A stretch of DNA of 64,000 bases, taken from Phoronis australis (taxonomy: Eukaryota > Animalia > Phoronida). Position 1 is the first letter of the stretch. Each line of letters opens with the position of its first letter. The notes beneath the pieces are model-generated. The model was not told the DNA's origin. It was given only the letters and a program-made list of their open reading frames with translations, and ran no database searches. This document shows, in pieces, positions 25,300-38,964 of this stretch. The DNA is taken from contig NMRA01000084.1 of NCBI GenBank assembly GCA_002633005.1, positions 17,171 through 81,170 of the forward strand. Direction: 5' to 3'. The position numbers and the translations under genes are program-made.

Positions 25300-28200
25300 T
25301 ATCTAACTTAGTAATGAAACTAAAACAGCATAAGAAAGGAGGTTCAGTGTTTTCACACGTCCATAAATACCCAGTTAGATTTAGGGACCTTAGTTGAGGC
25401 CATGTTTGGAACAGTTTCATGCAACCGCACACTAGAGCCCGTTGATGCAAACTTTGCCTTACAACCAATGCAAGAGATAATGCCTATTAATATGACGAAG
25501 TAGTTGCCAACTCGATGTCTCAGAGTTTCATACTGATAACCTTTGAAGGCGCACCATGGTGTAGATTCCGCGTCTCAAATGATCAAAAATATCATCGAGC
25601 TGTTGTCTTTAGGTGGTTTTCGGATAACGAAATGGATTTCCAACAGCGAGGAAATGGTAGACAAGGTTCCCATCTGAGAGTGTCAAAGACTTAATTGATC
25701 TGTAAGATGAAACCCAACAAGTTTGGCTATGCAGTTAGCGCTACTGAAGACTCGTTCTGACGTTTTGAGCACGCTTATTTCAGACTATGACCCTGTCGGG
25801 TATACTAGAACGCTAATTTCACAACCACAGCATTGTTCTAACATTCGTGCGGTTTGAAACTTGGTTAGGGTGACCCTGTACCCTGTAACGTCAAAATGAG
25901 ATGAGTCAACTTGAAAAATAATCTCTCATAATAGAGCGAGTTCCATACCACGATATGTTGTCTCCCAGAGATTCTGCAAAACACTGCATTTGAGCTTCAC
26001 CAATTTCCCGACGCGTTTGAGATAGGATATGGCATCATGTCCTATCTTACAGTCCTGAAAGATGGCCAATTTCACACGATCGTTGTATTCGAGAAGTGCG
26101 AGACTACATCACTGAAATAGTCGACCTTAACAAGGTTAGCGCTTGATGGAGCTTACAGATCCATAAAAGTGTACCAACTTCAGTGAAAGGAATTATCTCT
26201 ACCCAGACATCGATCTGTTTTCTGGACCGATGGCAGGACAGGCGTTGGCTACTGTTTTACATGTATGTCTACATTAACATTAATCACCTACAGCTTTTTA
26301 CGATCAGGGACTACTCCAGTCCTGATCAGCCACTGTACGTATCTACACGTCTTAATCCAACAGATGATACATCATGTGATCTGTCTGAAGGGGAACTTAA
26401 CCACAACAAGGGATGCATACAGGGTTCTGCATGATATTTGATTTAAAATTAAAGACAACACATCGAACGATGTTTGTCCATGAACTACTTACACTGTATT
26501 CTTGAAAGATCACTCCGCTAGTGCTTTGCAACACAACAAACTGATGGCGCTACATGCTGCGTCCCCCTTTCTTAGAAGATGACAGTTCATAACAGTAAAG
26601 GGTATACACACGCCAGTGTCCGTAAAACGCCTTAGACAAGAAAACAAAGTAGGCTGCACTACTTCAAGAACTTGAACACTAACAGCCAATGAAGCGAGAT
26701 GGAGGCCGACATAATTGCCCAAAGCGGGTAACTTTATCCTTTCCCTACAATTGCATAGGAGCACTGGAAACAGTAGTTTCGGAAGTAATATCAGCCGGCT
26801 TTCAAGTGATCGAGAATCACTGCGTAGTGGCGAGATTTGCATTCAAGTACGTCAGAGTTTTCAGTCTGATATGGGTGTGTCGGTACTAGTTTTCTCAACG
26901 TAGATGATAGATTCCTTAACGTTATTGTCACTAGGAGTCAAACAAGTATCGCATCGACTTACAATAAATCATGGCTTTTGGACATCATTCGGGGCCATTA
27001 TATGGTGTTTCGGCACAGGCGTTGTGTCGCTTGAATGTCTTGGTGTTAGTGCTTAGTGCAGCATTTCGAGACGCACGACTTTCGGATTAATCATTCGTAT
27101 TCCACGTAAACATAGACCGTCATCAGTCGAAATTTCATCACGGTACGGCCAATATTCAAGAACTCCCTCTGCAGTTACAAATTTGTCGTACGGTCAGCCG
27201 ACTTTGCACAATTGCACCAACGTTTAGAGTGTTTCATCCCTCACAGTGTTTTCTCGCATGCGACGAAGGCGGTCGTCCGAGATGGATACACCATCTAAGA
27301 GATAAGTGTTCTCGAGTTCCAGTGCGATATACATGCACAATGCAGCAACGAGAGTCCGGATGAAGGTGAGCTCTGCTCAGAGAATCAGACACGAACATCC
27401 CGGAACCTCGTTTTTATCTCAAGTTCGTATATCTGTAAGCGGAGCTGCATTCTCTGGAACCTCTTCGCTGCCATGAGAATATACTTTGCAAAAGTGTTCT
27501 TGCGCGGCTTGTGATTGGAAATAATCGTGACCTCTTTGCCAAGACAAAAATTTTCGAACTTCTCACAAGCAACACAAATCGCTAGACATTCTTTTTCCAG
27601 CTGGCAATGGTTCTCGTAAGCACGCGATAATGTACGAGTGGCATACGAAAGTGCTTGGCTTTCCTGTAAGAGAACGCATCCTAAACCTGTCGAGCTAGCG
27701 TCACACTCAATTGTGACCGGTAGGTTTACGTCATTTTATCTCAGCACGGTGGAACTGAAGAGCTTGTTTCAATTTATCAAACGCCGTATCATGCAGAGAA
27801 GACCAGACAAACAATGTGTCGTTGTCACAGTGTCACACGTATCACGATATGTGTGGCAAAACGTTACCGGGATAGTTTGCCATACCAAGAATGCGTTGCA
27901 CCCCTTGGATGTCAGTGGGCTTATGCATTTAGATTATAGCCTTTACCTTGTCGGGGTAGGCCAGGATACCCTTGCCGCTTACGATGCGGCCCATATACGC
28001 GACGGACTCCACTTTGAATTTCAACTTCGCCTTGTTCATCTTCAGGTTTCTCTCGCGGGCTCGATTAAGCAACTTGGTGAAAGCTTGATCGTGCCAATTT
28101 GCAGCTTCTGCGTCTGAACGTTCGGTATCATAGACCAGGACATCATCGGCGATGATCTCAATGTTGGGTACACCTTGAAGTGTTTCAGATAGTTGGCGCG

Positions 28201-30250
28201 AAAATTCCTCGGGCTCGGACTGAATACCAAATGGCACACGCAGCCAACGGTATTGGCCTGGAGAGGTCCACATTGTAGTGAAGTAGCTCGATTCGAGTTC
28301 TAATGCAACATGTAAAACCGTCTTTGGCATCCATCGACGACGCTAAAGATACGTGCACCACTCAAACGGGGCTGGGGGGGGGGGGGGNGGGGTTCAGTAA
28401 CTTTGGCAATTATTATATCGAGCTAGTTCGAACTGTAGTGGTACAGGTAAAAGTCTGGTGTGATTCTGATTCGGCGGAACCGAGATGTCAACGTCAATTC
28501 GATAGTTAACGATATAACCTTGGAAACATTTTGTAGCGCGCCTTGCCAATTCAGCAGTGGGCGCATCAATGCAAAGTGCGAATAATATTTGCCGATATAA
28601 CGCCGTCTACTTGAAACTTAATAGGGTGCGTCTCATTGTTACCACCTTAACTGGAGTTCAACTAACTTTTTCTTGTCGGTTATCGCGAAAACTTATCTCA
28701 GTATCATAATCGCTGTCTGCATCATTATAGTGTAACCTACGTAGTGTTTACGATCACGTGACGTTGCGCAGCATTCACTGAAGTGATTGGATCGTCTCCA
28801 CGTTGAACATGTCTTGCCAAATGCAGGCCATTAGAGTCTGTCTCGAGCACGACGAGTTTCGCAGAATTTACATTCCTCATTGATGAGCTGGACTGCTGGG
28901 GGGTGGGGGGGGGGGTTTGGGGGCACACAATGGACTTCTAGAATGTTTATTGCGTTGTCGACGGTTTCACCTGGTAATGTAGTTTACGTCTTAAAACGGT
29001 TCTTTCTCATTACTGATTGGAATGTGGAATCACGAATCTCGCCGGACTGGCTCGAATGGCCTGTCACCACTTCTAAATTTTGATACAGTCCTCGAGAATA
29101 TCACCTTTGTAGGCCATCGGCGCTTGTAGTAGGAGACGCCTTATAGGTGTACTAGTTTTCAGACATTGTCCTGACACCATGCATGCCAACTGATTTAAAA
29201 TAAGACAACACATCGAACGTGGTTTGTCCACAAACTACTTACACTATATTCTATCTAAGATCACTGCTATACATCACAACAAATAGATGGCGCTACATGC
29301 TACAGGTCCAGCCCCTCTTGAGCAAATTAGCCGTCTCGATTTATCGCAAGCCCGCTGAGTGATGGGGATCCCGCAGTTAAAGATATGCATATGGCGACAA
29401 CGTAACACAAACACCAAAGCTACACGTATCAGTGAACATGATCCCGCGCAACAGACAGTACGTGGTTTCGCCTTAAGAAGAAAGTGACGAGATTGTTTCT
29501 TTTCCAGTACATGCTGCATCGAAAAACTAATATAACCGGATCCCTCACTGTTGATGATGTAACGAAAACAGAATTGACCGTCATTGAATATGTTCGGTCT
29601 AAACAACACACCAAAGAAAAAACAAGAACAATCTTCAAAGGCACAAGACTGTAAAGACAGATGATGTCCTTTGAAGAGTTGGAGAAAGACTACGTCACTT
29701 GGACATACCTCCCGATCAGAAGAACCCGGTTATTTTGCCACGTCAGCTTACTGTAATGAAGCGTATCATATAGAGCTATCATGATCAGACTGGTCACTCT
29801 GGCGTGGAGAGTACTAGGAAGAAACTACAGTAGGAAGATTTTTTGAATTGTAAGCGGTCGTTCGGCAATCAGACGCGAGCGTCAGCGCTGCATGAAGTAC
29901 AAGAAAATACACAGATCACAGTTCAGTAGTTCTTCAACAAAAGTGCCGTCTTTTTTCCTACGAACTCCCTTTTACTCGTCTTTGAGTGTATTTGTTTGTA
30001 CCCCTGAAGAAAGGTGGAGTTCAACAGATATGGAACCGTTTTTACGTGTTTGACTACCAGACTTTTCCATAAAGTGGCCCCATTCCTTGGTATTGGTTCT
30101 TTTATAAATGAGTTTGAAAGATTCGTTATTGGAAGACGTGAGCCGAAATAACAGTACGTGGTCACAACTTGCGATCTTATCGTCAAGTGCACACCACAAG
30201 CTTTCTCAGAACATGTAAGAATAAACGAGGAAGGGACACTTGACAAGATT
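25300..30250 (+). mobile_element. Decayed BEL/Pao LTR retrotransposon pol (RT, RNase H, integrase), split by a Gypsy insertion
   Basis: GGFRITKWISNS (~25613), YDPVGY, ELHQFPDAFEIGYG (~25990), YVSTRLNPTDD (~26335), NPVILP and GHSGVE (~29720-29810), RYGTVFTCLTTR (~30025). LTRs not located. Confidence 0.8.
26428..29304 (-). mobile_element. Internally deleted Ty3/Gypsy LTR retrotransposon
   Basis: LTRs at 26428-26561 and 29180-29304, 5-bp TSD ggttc/ggtcc, PBS TGGTGTCAGGA (29169-29179), PPT next to the left LTR. RT motifs GQYRWLRVPFGI and IIADDVLVY; RNase H motifs ECDASSTGLG and QLEKECLAI. Confidence 0.9.
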
Positions 30251-32349
30251 TTGACATTCGCAGCAGAAACCGTAGAGCGATATTTATATATATGTAATGT
30301 ATCCGACTAAATAGAACCGACCATCCAAAAAGAAGGAAAGGAAACAAAAAATTAGGCATGATAGCAGTGTAACATCAACGCTTTCCTAGCATTCACGTGC
30401 GCACGTACCATATCTATAAATATATGTTCACACACTAGGCTGATGACGTAATTTGGCGTAAATTTTGCGCATCATAATGCTACCCTTGGTAGTCGAGACG
30501 CCCAATAAACCAGAATACAGTGCGTGTGCTATTTCAAGAAGAAATCAGCCGATTTGCGAAATCTGTGAGTAGTACTCACTGAAAATTCCGTATTTTCGAT
30601 ACAATCCCGAACATGGTAGTGTTATTTTTAATCTATGGTTGCACCACAGATTACTGTACAACAGTTTGCACACACGACATTGTGTACGGGGTGGTGTTGA
30701 TAAACGACGTGTTGCTATGAATTGGGACAACCCATTTTAGAGAAGACACGTGCCTGGAATACAGGTAACTATATATCACCGAGGTAAGTTTTGAATTGCT
30801 AATGCAGGACAGTATTCGAATACTTTAAAATTCCGGAACCGGTGCTGAGAGCCAGCACAAGCGAGAACAATATGGTAGTTATGAACATTGTTCAACCATG
30901 TCTACACACATCGACTATGCATGCACCGCTGCGTTTACAGCAGTCGGAAGAGCGTAATAAACGGTGGTTCAAGGTGAATTATAATTCTGAATAGAATCAA
31001 AATTGCAACAAAATTGGAATGCTCTACTTTAATCGACAAGTCGTATATAATTAATCGACGATTTTGTAGAACAATTTAAGTTTAAGAAACAGTTGCAACT
31101 TTCAGGATTTTTGATCATATTACCGTTTAAGCGGAAAATGAAAAGCTTTTCAGAAAAACCTCCATGGCTTTGAGGATTATATCGACTTATACGTACTGAA
31201 TCCTGAGTACACTCAAGTACAAAAATAAACAACTGCTGTAAATAACCAACATGTTATAATTAAATTTCACTTTTAACAAATAAACCCTAAACCTCCAATT
31301 GCGCAGCTCTGGTGTGTCGGGACTGAGATGTTGATTCTGTTTCAATAAATATCACCAAAAAGAATCATTTCTCGGAGTACACAGTGTAAGAAGCACCAAA
31401 GAGTGGTAGCCGAACTCTTTGCCACATGCTGCGAAACACTTATCACGGAATGAGAAGTCTTACCACGGAACAGCAACCTTGCCACGCAAGAAAACCATTT
31501 CCATTCTTCACAAAACAAATACTACACTCCGCCGGAACTTTCAGTTCAGCTTTCATTGTGGTAGGGTTTTGCGTACACGATACCAATAAGCATTTTTTAA
31601 ACCGAGGGTGATGAGGATTCCACTGCCGCGGTAAGGTCTCGACTTCGGAGGTAAGTGATCAGATTTTCTCAATTGAAATTTCAATTTTGATCCCTGGAAT
31701 AATCAGTTCATTTCGTGTATTGTCTACAGCAGTGAGCCCCATGAGCTGATGTAACAACCAGGTCATTCCCGTCTGTTCAAAACCTTGGAAAGTTTTAGAG
31801 GCTTTGCAAAAGTAAAACGTTCAACCAAAACAGCGCGAGACAATATTTAATACGTTTAACCTTACTATTCTCTAAAGTATCCCTTAATCCATACCAGAGT
31901 TTTCCTTAAATTAAAGCGGTACCAAATCCGCATTTGCTCGCCAAACAGCTGGGTTGAGTTCAGTAACGCTAAAACCTACGCTAGGATCTCGCTAAAATCT
32001 AGCCAAAATCGGGGGTTCTCATTTAAAATACACTGCAATATCTCACGTACTCTCACGAAGTCTTGCTTTGTAGCGAGGTCCTAGCGTTACTGAACTATAT
32101 CCCTGGTCTCAAATTCTTCTATATTCATGCGAAGAGTGATTTCCGGATTACGGAAGAACTGACAGTGCTTGAGGCTATCCTCGTCGCACGTGCCGTCGAA
32201 TATGCCGTGACAAACGGACTTATGGCTCAGGTAAGTAGCCAATTGTCAGTTCTTCTCAAGTCCCGGATTCATCTGTAATCCGAGGGTAAACGTTACTAAC
32301 GGTCCAAATCAAAAGATTTTTTCAAGAGGACAGGATTTCAACTTCTTTA

Positions 32350-33000
32350 AGGTTATACGGGACCTAATCGACAAAAAGTTATTTTTTACCAGTTTATTTA
32401 CCTAAAAATCTATAAACTATAACTTTTAATCAGTAAAAGTGCTTATTTTCTAAAAGTAAAAAGCCTTTAGGATTTCATTCCTAACCAATCTGTCATTAAT
32501 TGGGTTGATTGAGCGGTATCAATAACATGACCAAATTGCGTTTGACATGAATGTTCCAGTTGAAATCTAAAACACGGTGTTCCAATTTTCTAAATTATCA
32601 TTTCATTTTCATTTCATGTACCCTAGTTCTTTCACGAGCTTCATCAGGGCCCTATTTTAATATGCCTTCATGCAAATGTGGAACATTTTAAGAGCATTCC
32701 CTAAAAATAGTGCATCGATCATGGTACCTGGAAGTTCCATATGAATCAAATCAGCTATTTCTGAGGTATGATGTTCCCAAGTAAGCCGAAAATGGACATT
32801 TGTCCAGGGTCCTTCATACATTTAAACATTTTTCTTATATTCCATTACATTTTATAGATTGTACTGGGTTGGAAAAATCGAAAAAAGCGAGTTTGAAAAT
32901 AAACGTCTTACAGAATTCAATAACTTTTTATTATATTGCTACTGTCAGAGAATATTTTAAGGAGATGGCTTTTTTGTTCAAACACTGACTCGCAAATTCC
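32350..33000. mobile_element. Putative TTAA-flanked Kolobok-like MITE just downstream of the paralog B stop codon
   Basis: ttaa|ggttatacgggac ... gactcgcaaattcc|ttaa; the TIR match is weak. Confidence 0.3.
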
Positions 33001-33019
33001 TTAATAAAACCAGAAAGCA

Positions 33020-34384
33020 CTATTCAATACCATATTTAGCTAAATCCGGGTACTTTTTATCAATCATGTAACTCCAGAACTTGAGCCACGTGCTGTCGCC
33101 TCCTGCAGGGACAACTATTATCTTAACGACAGGAGATTCTAACACAGCCATTTCAAACTTTTGAAAACTCAGGGTAAATAATTTGCCGAAGTTAAAGTAT
33201 TGGATTTCAGCAGGAACAATTCTGGGTAACAATCCCGTCAAATATGCGTCGTCCACCCAGAAAAATGGGTGTCGATAACTTGCATTGTACAATTCAAGAG
33301 CGACGTCCGACGTCATGATGAAAGCTGCACCTGAGCAGTAACGAGGGTACATGTCGCGTCCGACAAGTTCCTTATCGTCAACGCACCATTTTAAGCACGT
33401 TTCGGGGTTTCGCAAAATGGGCATTGTGTTCTCGAGGTACCTACTGCACGCAATAAAGTGTTTGTCATCCTTACGATCGACATAAAGATAGCGCAAGGCT
33501 GCAAATATGTTAATTAGCATATCATCATCGCTCTTGAACACGTATCGGGCCTGAGAACAGTATGTCGCAATCCATTGGAGACCCATTATTGCCTTAAGAG
33601 TTAAGTTCCGATAACTATCAATGAAATTGCCCTTGATAATATCACGGAACAATGCTTGTTCATACCTTAACGCGTTGTGTAAACGTTCGTCGTTTTCTTG
33701 TAAAACGCCGATGAGAAATATGGTTCGTATTTTAACCTTTTTGAAGCGTCGCACACTACCCCAGCTTTCTCGAATATGGTTTCTTCGTATGTGATGATCA
33801 GGCGATGAGTGAACGTATATAATTACATCTACAGGCTCTTGACCACACAAAACTTCGTTGTTCATTAAAAAAGAAATCTTAGGAAGATAATCCGGTTTCT
33901 GAAAATAAATTGCTTCCGTCCATTGCCGTTTTGAAGTATTCATTTCTTTAGGCGGGTTCAGGGGATCGAACAACTTCGGCATTTTAACATTTTTGTACCC
34001 GTCCCATTTGTCAAACAGTTGGCGAATTTTTACGTTTGCGTCTTGAACATCGTTTTTCGGTGCTGGCGTCAGTTCATCCGGTGTTGTAACGGTATGCGCA
34101 CAATCACTTGATTGGCAACTATATGTGGCTGTCACGATAGATTCGTTCTTTTCGACAGATGTGTTCACACTTTCGCGAGGCCGTTGGAGTGACTGTTTTC
34201 CATGGGAAACAACTCTAAAAATAACTTGAGAGTGGTCGAAGCTGTATTTAAGTTGTTCTGATGTGGTCTCTTGTGCTTTTAAACCATCGCGGTATAGGCA
34301 TGTTGCTAGGAAAACACACAGGGCGATTAGAGCAATTACCAACGCCTTCACAGCTACGCGAAACGAGTGTCTGCGAAGCTTCAT
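33020..34384 (-). CDS. Beta-1,3-galactosyltransferase-like (GT31 / Galactosyl_T), paralog B, 454 aa
   Basis: Intact ORF colinear with paralog A. Motifs RRNHIRESWG, FIDSYRNLTLK, FKSDDD, YPRYCSGAA, VDDAYLTG. Upstream acceptor tgtttcag| at 34518. Confidence 0.95.
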   Translation of the reverse strand: MKLRRHSFRVAVKALVIALIALCVFLATCLYRDGLKAQETTSEQLKYSFDHSQVIFRVVSHGKQSLQRPRESVNTSVEKNESIVTATYSCQSSDCAHTVTTPDELTPAPKNDVQDANVKIRQLFDKWDGYKNVKMPKLFDPLNPPKEMNTSKRQWTEAIYFQKPDYLPKISFLMNNEVLCGQEPVDVIIYVHSSPDHHIRRNHIRESWGSVRRFKKVKIRTIFLIGVLQENDERLHNALRYEQALFRDIIKGNFIDSYRNLTLKAIMGLQWIATYCSQARYVFKSDDDMLINIFAALRYLYVDRKDDKHFIACSRYLENTMPILRNPETCLKWCVDDKELVGRDMYPRYCSGAAFIMTSDVALELYNASYRHPFFWVDDAYLTGLLPRIVPAEIQYFNFGKLFTLSFQKFEMAVLESPVVKIIVVPAGGDSTWLKFWSYMIDKKYPDLAKYGIE

Positions 34385-35502
34385 ATTTCTGTTTCAAACG
34401 TCTAATCGTCAAGTACGTTGAAGGCTTTCAACAACAGTATTTGTTTACTTTTCCACTACTCATTTTCAAATTTCCAATCAGAATCTGCCAGTCTAGGTAT
34501 CAAACAATACACCCGGACCTGAAACAGTTGGAGCACTTTTCATTTATTGGAGAAAGCATGGGACGTGGCTGAAATATGCATAACGTGTTTGGCATAGAAT
34601 CATGAGGCAAAGGTTTTGTCCACTTCAGTTCTCCCATGCCTTATTCGATTCAATTGTTCGTGGTAAGAAAAGAATGATGCGATAAACCATTGCTTAAGAA
34701 TGTGCTTCTTTTATACGAATGGTGTTGCAAGTATCAACCAATCAAAAAGTGGACGAGCGCTTTAGTACGCCTAAAATAAAAAAACCGCCGATACGGCGTG
34801 CAGTGGAGTCATTGGTGAATGGCCATGTTGGAGGAGAGGAATGAAATCTTTAAACCCATAAGCCCGTGAGGTTTTTGACAACTGAAACATTGATCCAGGT
34901 CCTCAAAATTCCGTCAGGAAAGACTAACGCGTGATTTGCATGGAAAATCATTGCTCAAGTTTAACTAATAAGAAGGTCTACATCATAACGACTGTTAAAG
35001 AGAATGACGTTTAGCCACAGAACTCCTAGCCCTGGAATGCCAACTCCCGCACGTGACCCATGTGTTCTTGCAATCTCGAGACTAGCCGCGAGAGTTTGCA
35101 CTGAAAATTTCCCGCTGCTAGCTAGACTGAGTTTTGATCGAGAATTGTAGTTATCAAATCAAACCTCTCATTGCTTCATTTTCATTTTTGACTATTGTTC
35201 ATCAAGCGAGACTCTTGAGGTACGGTGCCATACAATCAGCGATTTCTCGTCAAAAAACTCGACATTATTACAGTGGTCATTCTTTACAAAATATAAAGAT
35301 GTATAATTTTGAATGAATGCTTGACTAAATTATTAACAGCAAGTGCGAGAAATCCACATTCTAAAACCTTTGTTTTTACAGGGTAGAAATCTTTTGAATC
35401 ATTGAAATTATTTACCTAATGGCTAAACTAATCATTTATAAAATTTTTCTGGTTCATTTCTTTTTGATGTTACTATTACACGCTGTTGTTTTCGGCGCAA
35501 CC

Positions 35503-36247
35503 TCAGCGACCGCGAGATCGGAGTTGGCATTCCAGAGCTAGAGTTCTATGCTTTAGCATGTCCCTTCACAAAGTCGTCTGAACGGCTAGACACTCATTTC
35601 GCTTGCCTGGTGGTCTCCATTTACTTGGTGAAAGTACACAAGTGAACATTATCTTATTTAGATCTGCCTCGATTAGATTATCTCCACGTGCAGCATTTTC
35701 AGACGAAAAAGCATGTCATTGTCTTGTTACACCAGGCATCAAAAGCATTGACAAGCGGCCATTTATGTTTTTGAGAAACGGGGAGGGGGGGGGGTTCCTT
35801 TCCTCTGCTTCTCTTTCTCGCAAAGTGTCTGTTTGTGGAACCATTTCAGAGCGATCGCAAAACGTCGATTTCCANTCAGCGGCCGCGAGATCGGAGTTGG
35901 CATTCCTGAGCTAGAGTTCTATGCTTTAGCATGTCCCTTCACAAAGTCGTCTGAACGGCTAGACACTCATTTCGCTTGCCTGGTGGTCTCCATTTACTTG
36001 GTGAAAGTACACAAGCGAACATTATCTTATTTAGATCTGCCTCGATTAGATTATCTCCACGTGCAGCATTTTCAGACGAAAAAGCATGTCACTGTCTTGT
36101 TACACCAGGCATCAAAAGCATTGACAAGCGGCCATTTATGTTTTTGAGAAACGGGGAGGGGGGGGGGTTCCTTTCCTCTGCTTCTCTTTCTCGCAAAGTG
36201 TCTGTTTGTGGAACCATTTCAGAGCGATCGCAAAACGTCGATTTCCA
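35503..36247. other. 372-bp duplication across a single N (35875); likely contig-overlap artefact
   Basis: 35503-35874 and 35876-36247 differ by only a few SNPs. Confidence 0.8.
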
Positions 36248-38822
36248 CGACATGCTTTTTTGGCAGTTCTAGATGAGCCCACTCGTGCATAAGGCGGCCT
36301 TGTCACCAGGCGACTCTGGTAAAACCTCTCTTTCATTCCTCCAATAAAAAAGTTCATAACCAGAATGAAGGCATTCATCTCTACCCTTGATGACTGACAA
36401 TCGATGCAGATTAACAAATGCAAGAAGTGTCCACAGTCGTCACTGATTTCGTTCGTCTGGTCATTTCACCGACACGTTAGCAGACCCAGTGATTCTCCAG
36501 AGCAAGCCTGGTTATCTCACTTCCGCATATTAACAAGTTAACATTTGCAAGTTGTGTCTACTCCAAAACATAGCGTCCGTTATTCCCAGAGTTCATGTCC
36601 ACAGCAGAGGTAAGGTTCCAGTGAATCATTTGTCCTTGGGGGAGGTCTTTCAAAAGACAAATGGCAGCGGCCAGAAACGTAACATTCCTAAATCCTTGAT
36701 TTGACGCAAATTAAAATTTCTAGCTACTTCCCACAGGCCCATTCGCTTGACTCGAAATCTTACGTAACCCTCTACGCTATGCAGAACGCTCATCTCTACC
36801 ACCCTACCACCCTAGACACCACAACCTGCGGTAAAAACACTAACACGTCCACAAATCTGGGCGACTTTTTTAGCTTTGATTTTAGCCCGGCATGGTGTTT
36901 TTTCATAAATGTTCGACACCTTTGTGACTAGTTTATGTTAAATTTTGTGTTTCGGCTACAAGAGCATCACATAGCGTTGACATGCGCCCACCATATGCAT
37001 CGCAAAAGGCAAAGATATAAGGAGTGGCCATTTTTCAAACATTTTCTCACTGAAGTGAAGTAAAAACATACAGTGCTAGTCCCCATAAAACTGACAAATG
37101 CCCCCCTGGTAGGTACATGTACATGTATTGAGATTGCCGCAAAGTAAACTGAAATTACCACTAGGGGGTGCACCGCAGCAGCCCTATCAACCCCATAACC
37201 AACACCAGCACTGTTTATTTGCCACGACTCTTTTAGGGGTTTGAAAAACATAGAGACGGATATCAAAACTCAGTACTGAACTAACACTATCGCCACGGAG
37301 GGGTACAGCAGGTGCTGTAATAGGCAAAGCTCCTCTATACTTGGTAAAATATCGACCAAATTTCACGAAAATTCTTCAAAGTAGTATGTGTAGATATTGA
37401 AGCAACAGCAAAAGTAAAAATTGTTACTAAGAGGCATAGCAGAAGCCCAAACTCTCCAAAAATCAGCTCCAGAAATGTTCTGGTCAGTAGAAACATTTGT
37501 AAAATTTCGCAATGATTCCATCTGGCATGAAGAACCCAAAACTGCAACTATGGGGGCAAAACTTGCCATAGCCATGCAAAACTTGGCAAGTGCTGTCTTG
37601 TTCTTTATGGAAACACGTGTCAATTTCATAACATTTCACCACGGGACTTTATGTTGCAGAGGCAGACGAGAAAATTAAACTTGGCACATTGGTGCACACC
37701 ACTCTCGTCAGATCCGTCTATGAGGTATATGTATACCGTGTTGTTGTTACAGAGACCTCTGTTTTACGCCCACTTTTTGTAAATCGGTAATTCCTTAGGA
37801 AGTCGGCCACTCAAGCTAACTGAAACCGAGACGGTGACCTCGCCATCTGTCAGGCGTTGTGAAATGGCCGACGTGGGAAGTGTCTAGTGTCGATCAAAGC
37901 CGGTGACAAAAAATTAGGGGCTAATCTCCTGAAAACATCAGAGAAAATGAAGCGGACCTCCGAAGAGCATGGAATGCGTAACCGCTCTATAATAAACATC
38001 TGACATGAGGCGAGTGTCGGACTGCCGAGCTGATTTCGTAAATCCGCTTTGATGTTTCTAGAAATGGCATATTTGGTAGACAAGCGGGTTGCATTCCTTT
38101 CAGTATTGGGGATACGACAGTGGACTCCAGACGCCTGAAGGGAAATGACAGCAATATGCACCCTCATATGTATATATGGGCGCACAGAACTAAGCTCATG
38201 CACTAAGAAAAAAAATGAACCTGGGAACAAAACCAAGATGTTTACTACCAGACCTAAAGCGACGACCGTTTTCAGTTCTTCAATGTTACTTCTATACCGG
38301 CGATCATTTGATTGGACTTTGGAGATATACCCAGCGAATAAATCGTATCATCAAATGAGCGATTTTGACACAAAGTTGCTCCACTAAAACAGATGGAACA
38401 CGCGTAACCAATCAAACACACAGCGCCTTAGTTTAGCAACAACGGAACGAACTAAGAATAAACCTGCACCACATAGCGAAGGATCACCATGGCCGATTTA
38501 AGATGCGCAGTATGATCCCACGGCAAACAATAAAAATATTACATAAAAATGATATAAGAAATCAACTCTGAAAACTGGTTTTCACCCTGACCCATTTCTA
38601 CAAGATCATAAATATCTGAAAGAATCACGCTAAAACTCACACGCTTCGGAATTAATCGAAGTTGTAAAGGCGATACGTTGGTTGCTCCTAAAATAGAGGA
38701 CACAATCGGTGAACAATAATATTACTGACGTGCACGGTTTTGGTTGAAACTTTCAATTCTACGTGACCTGTTCGCAAAATTATAGTAATTCTAAAATTTT
38801 GTAGTGAATCTAAACTTCTATG

Positions 38823-38964
38823 CATGGGCGGCGCACCATAGGGGGCTAAAAGGGCTATAGCTCCACTTACTTCAGTGCTGTACCGCCCATGGAAATGGAC
38901 GGCGCACTCGATAGGGCGCTGAGGGCTATAACCCCGCCCCTCATTCAGTGCTGCGTCGCCCATG
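38823..38964. mobile_element. MITE with CATGGGCG(G/A)CGCA TIR and 5-bp TSD (ctatg/ttatg)
   Basis: catgggcggcgca ... tgcgtcgcccatg. Confidence 0.65.

Noticed and set aside
35603-36272. Duplicated ~100-aa ORFs MPGGLHLLGES...
   Set aside because: Non-ATG starts, no recognisable domain, and duplicated only because of the assembly overlap.
37850-38236. Tyrosine-recombinase (Crypton/DIRS) fragment
   Set aside because: No convincing HxxR or catalytic Tyr motif.
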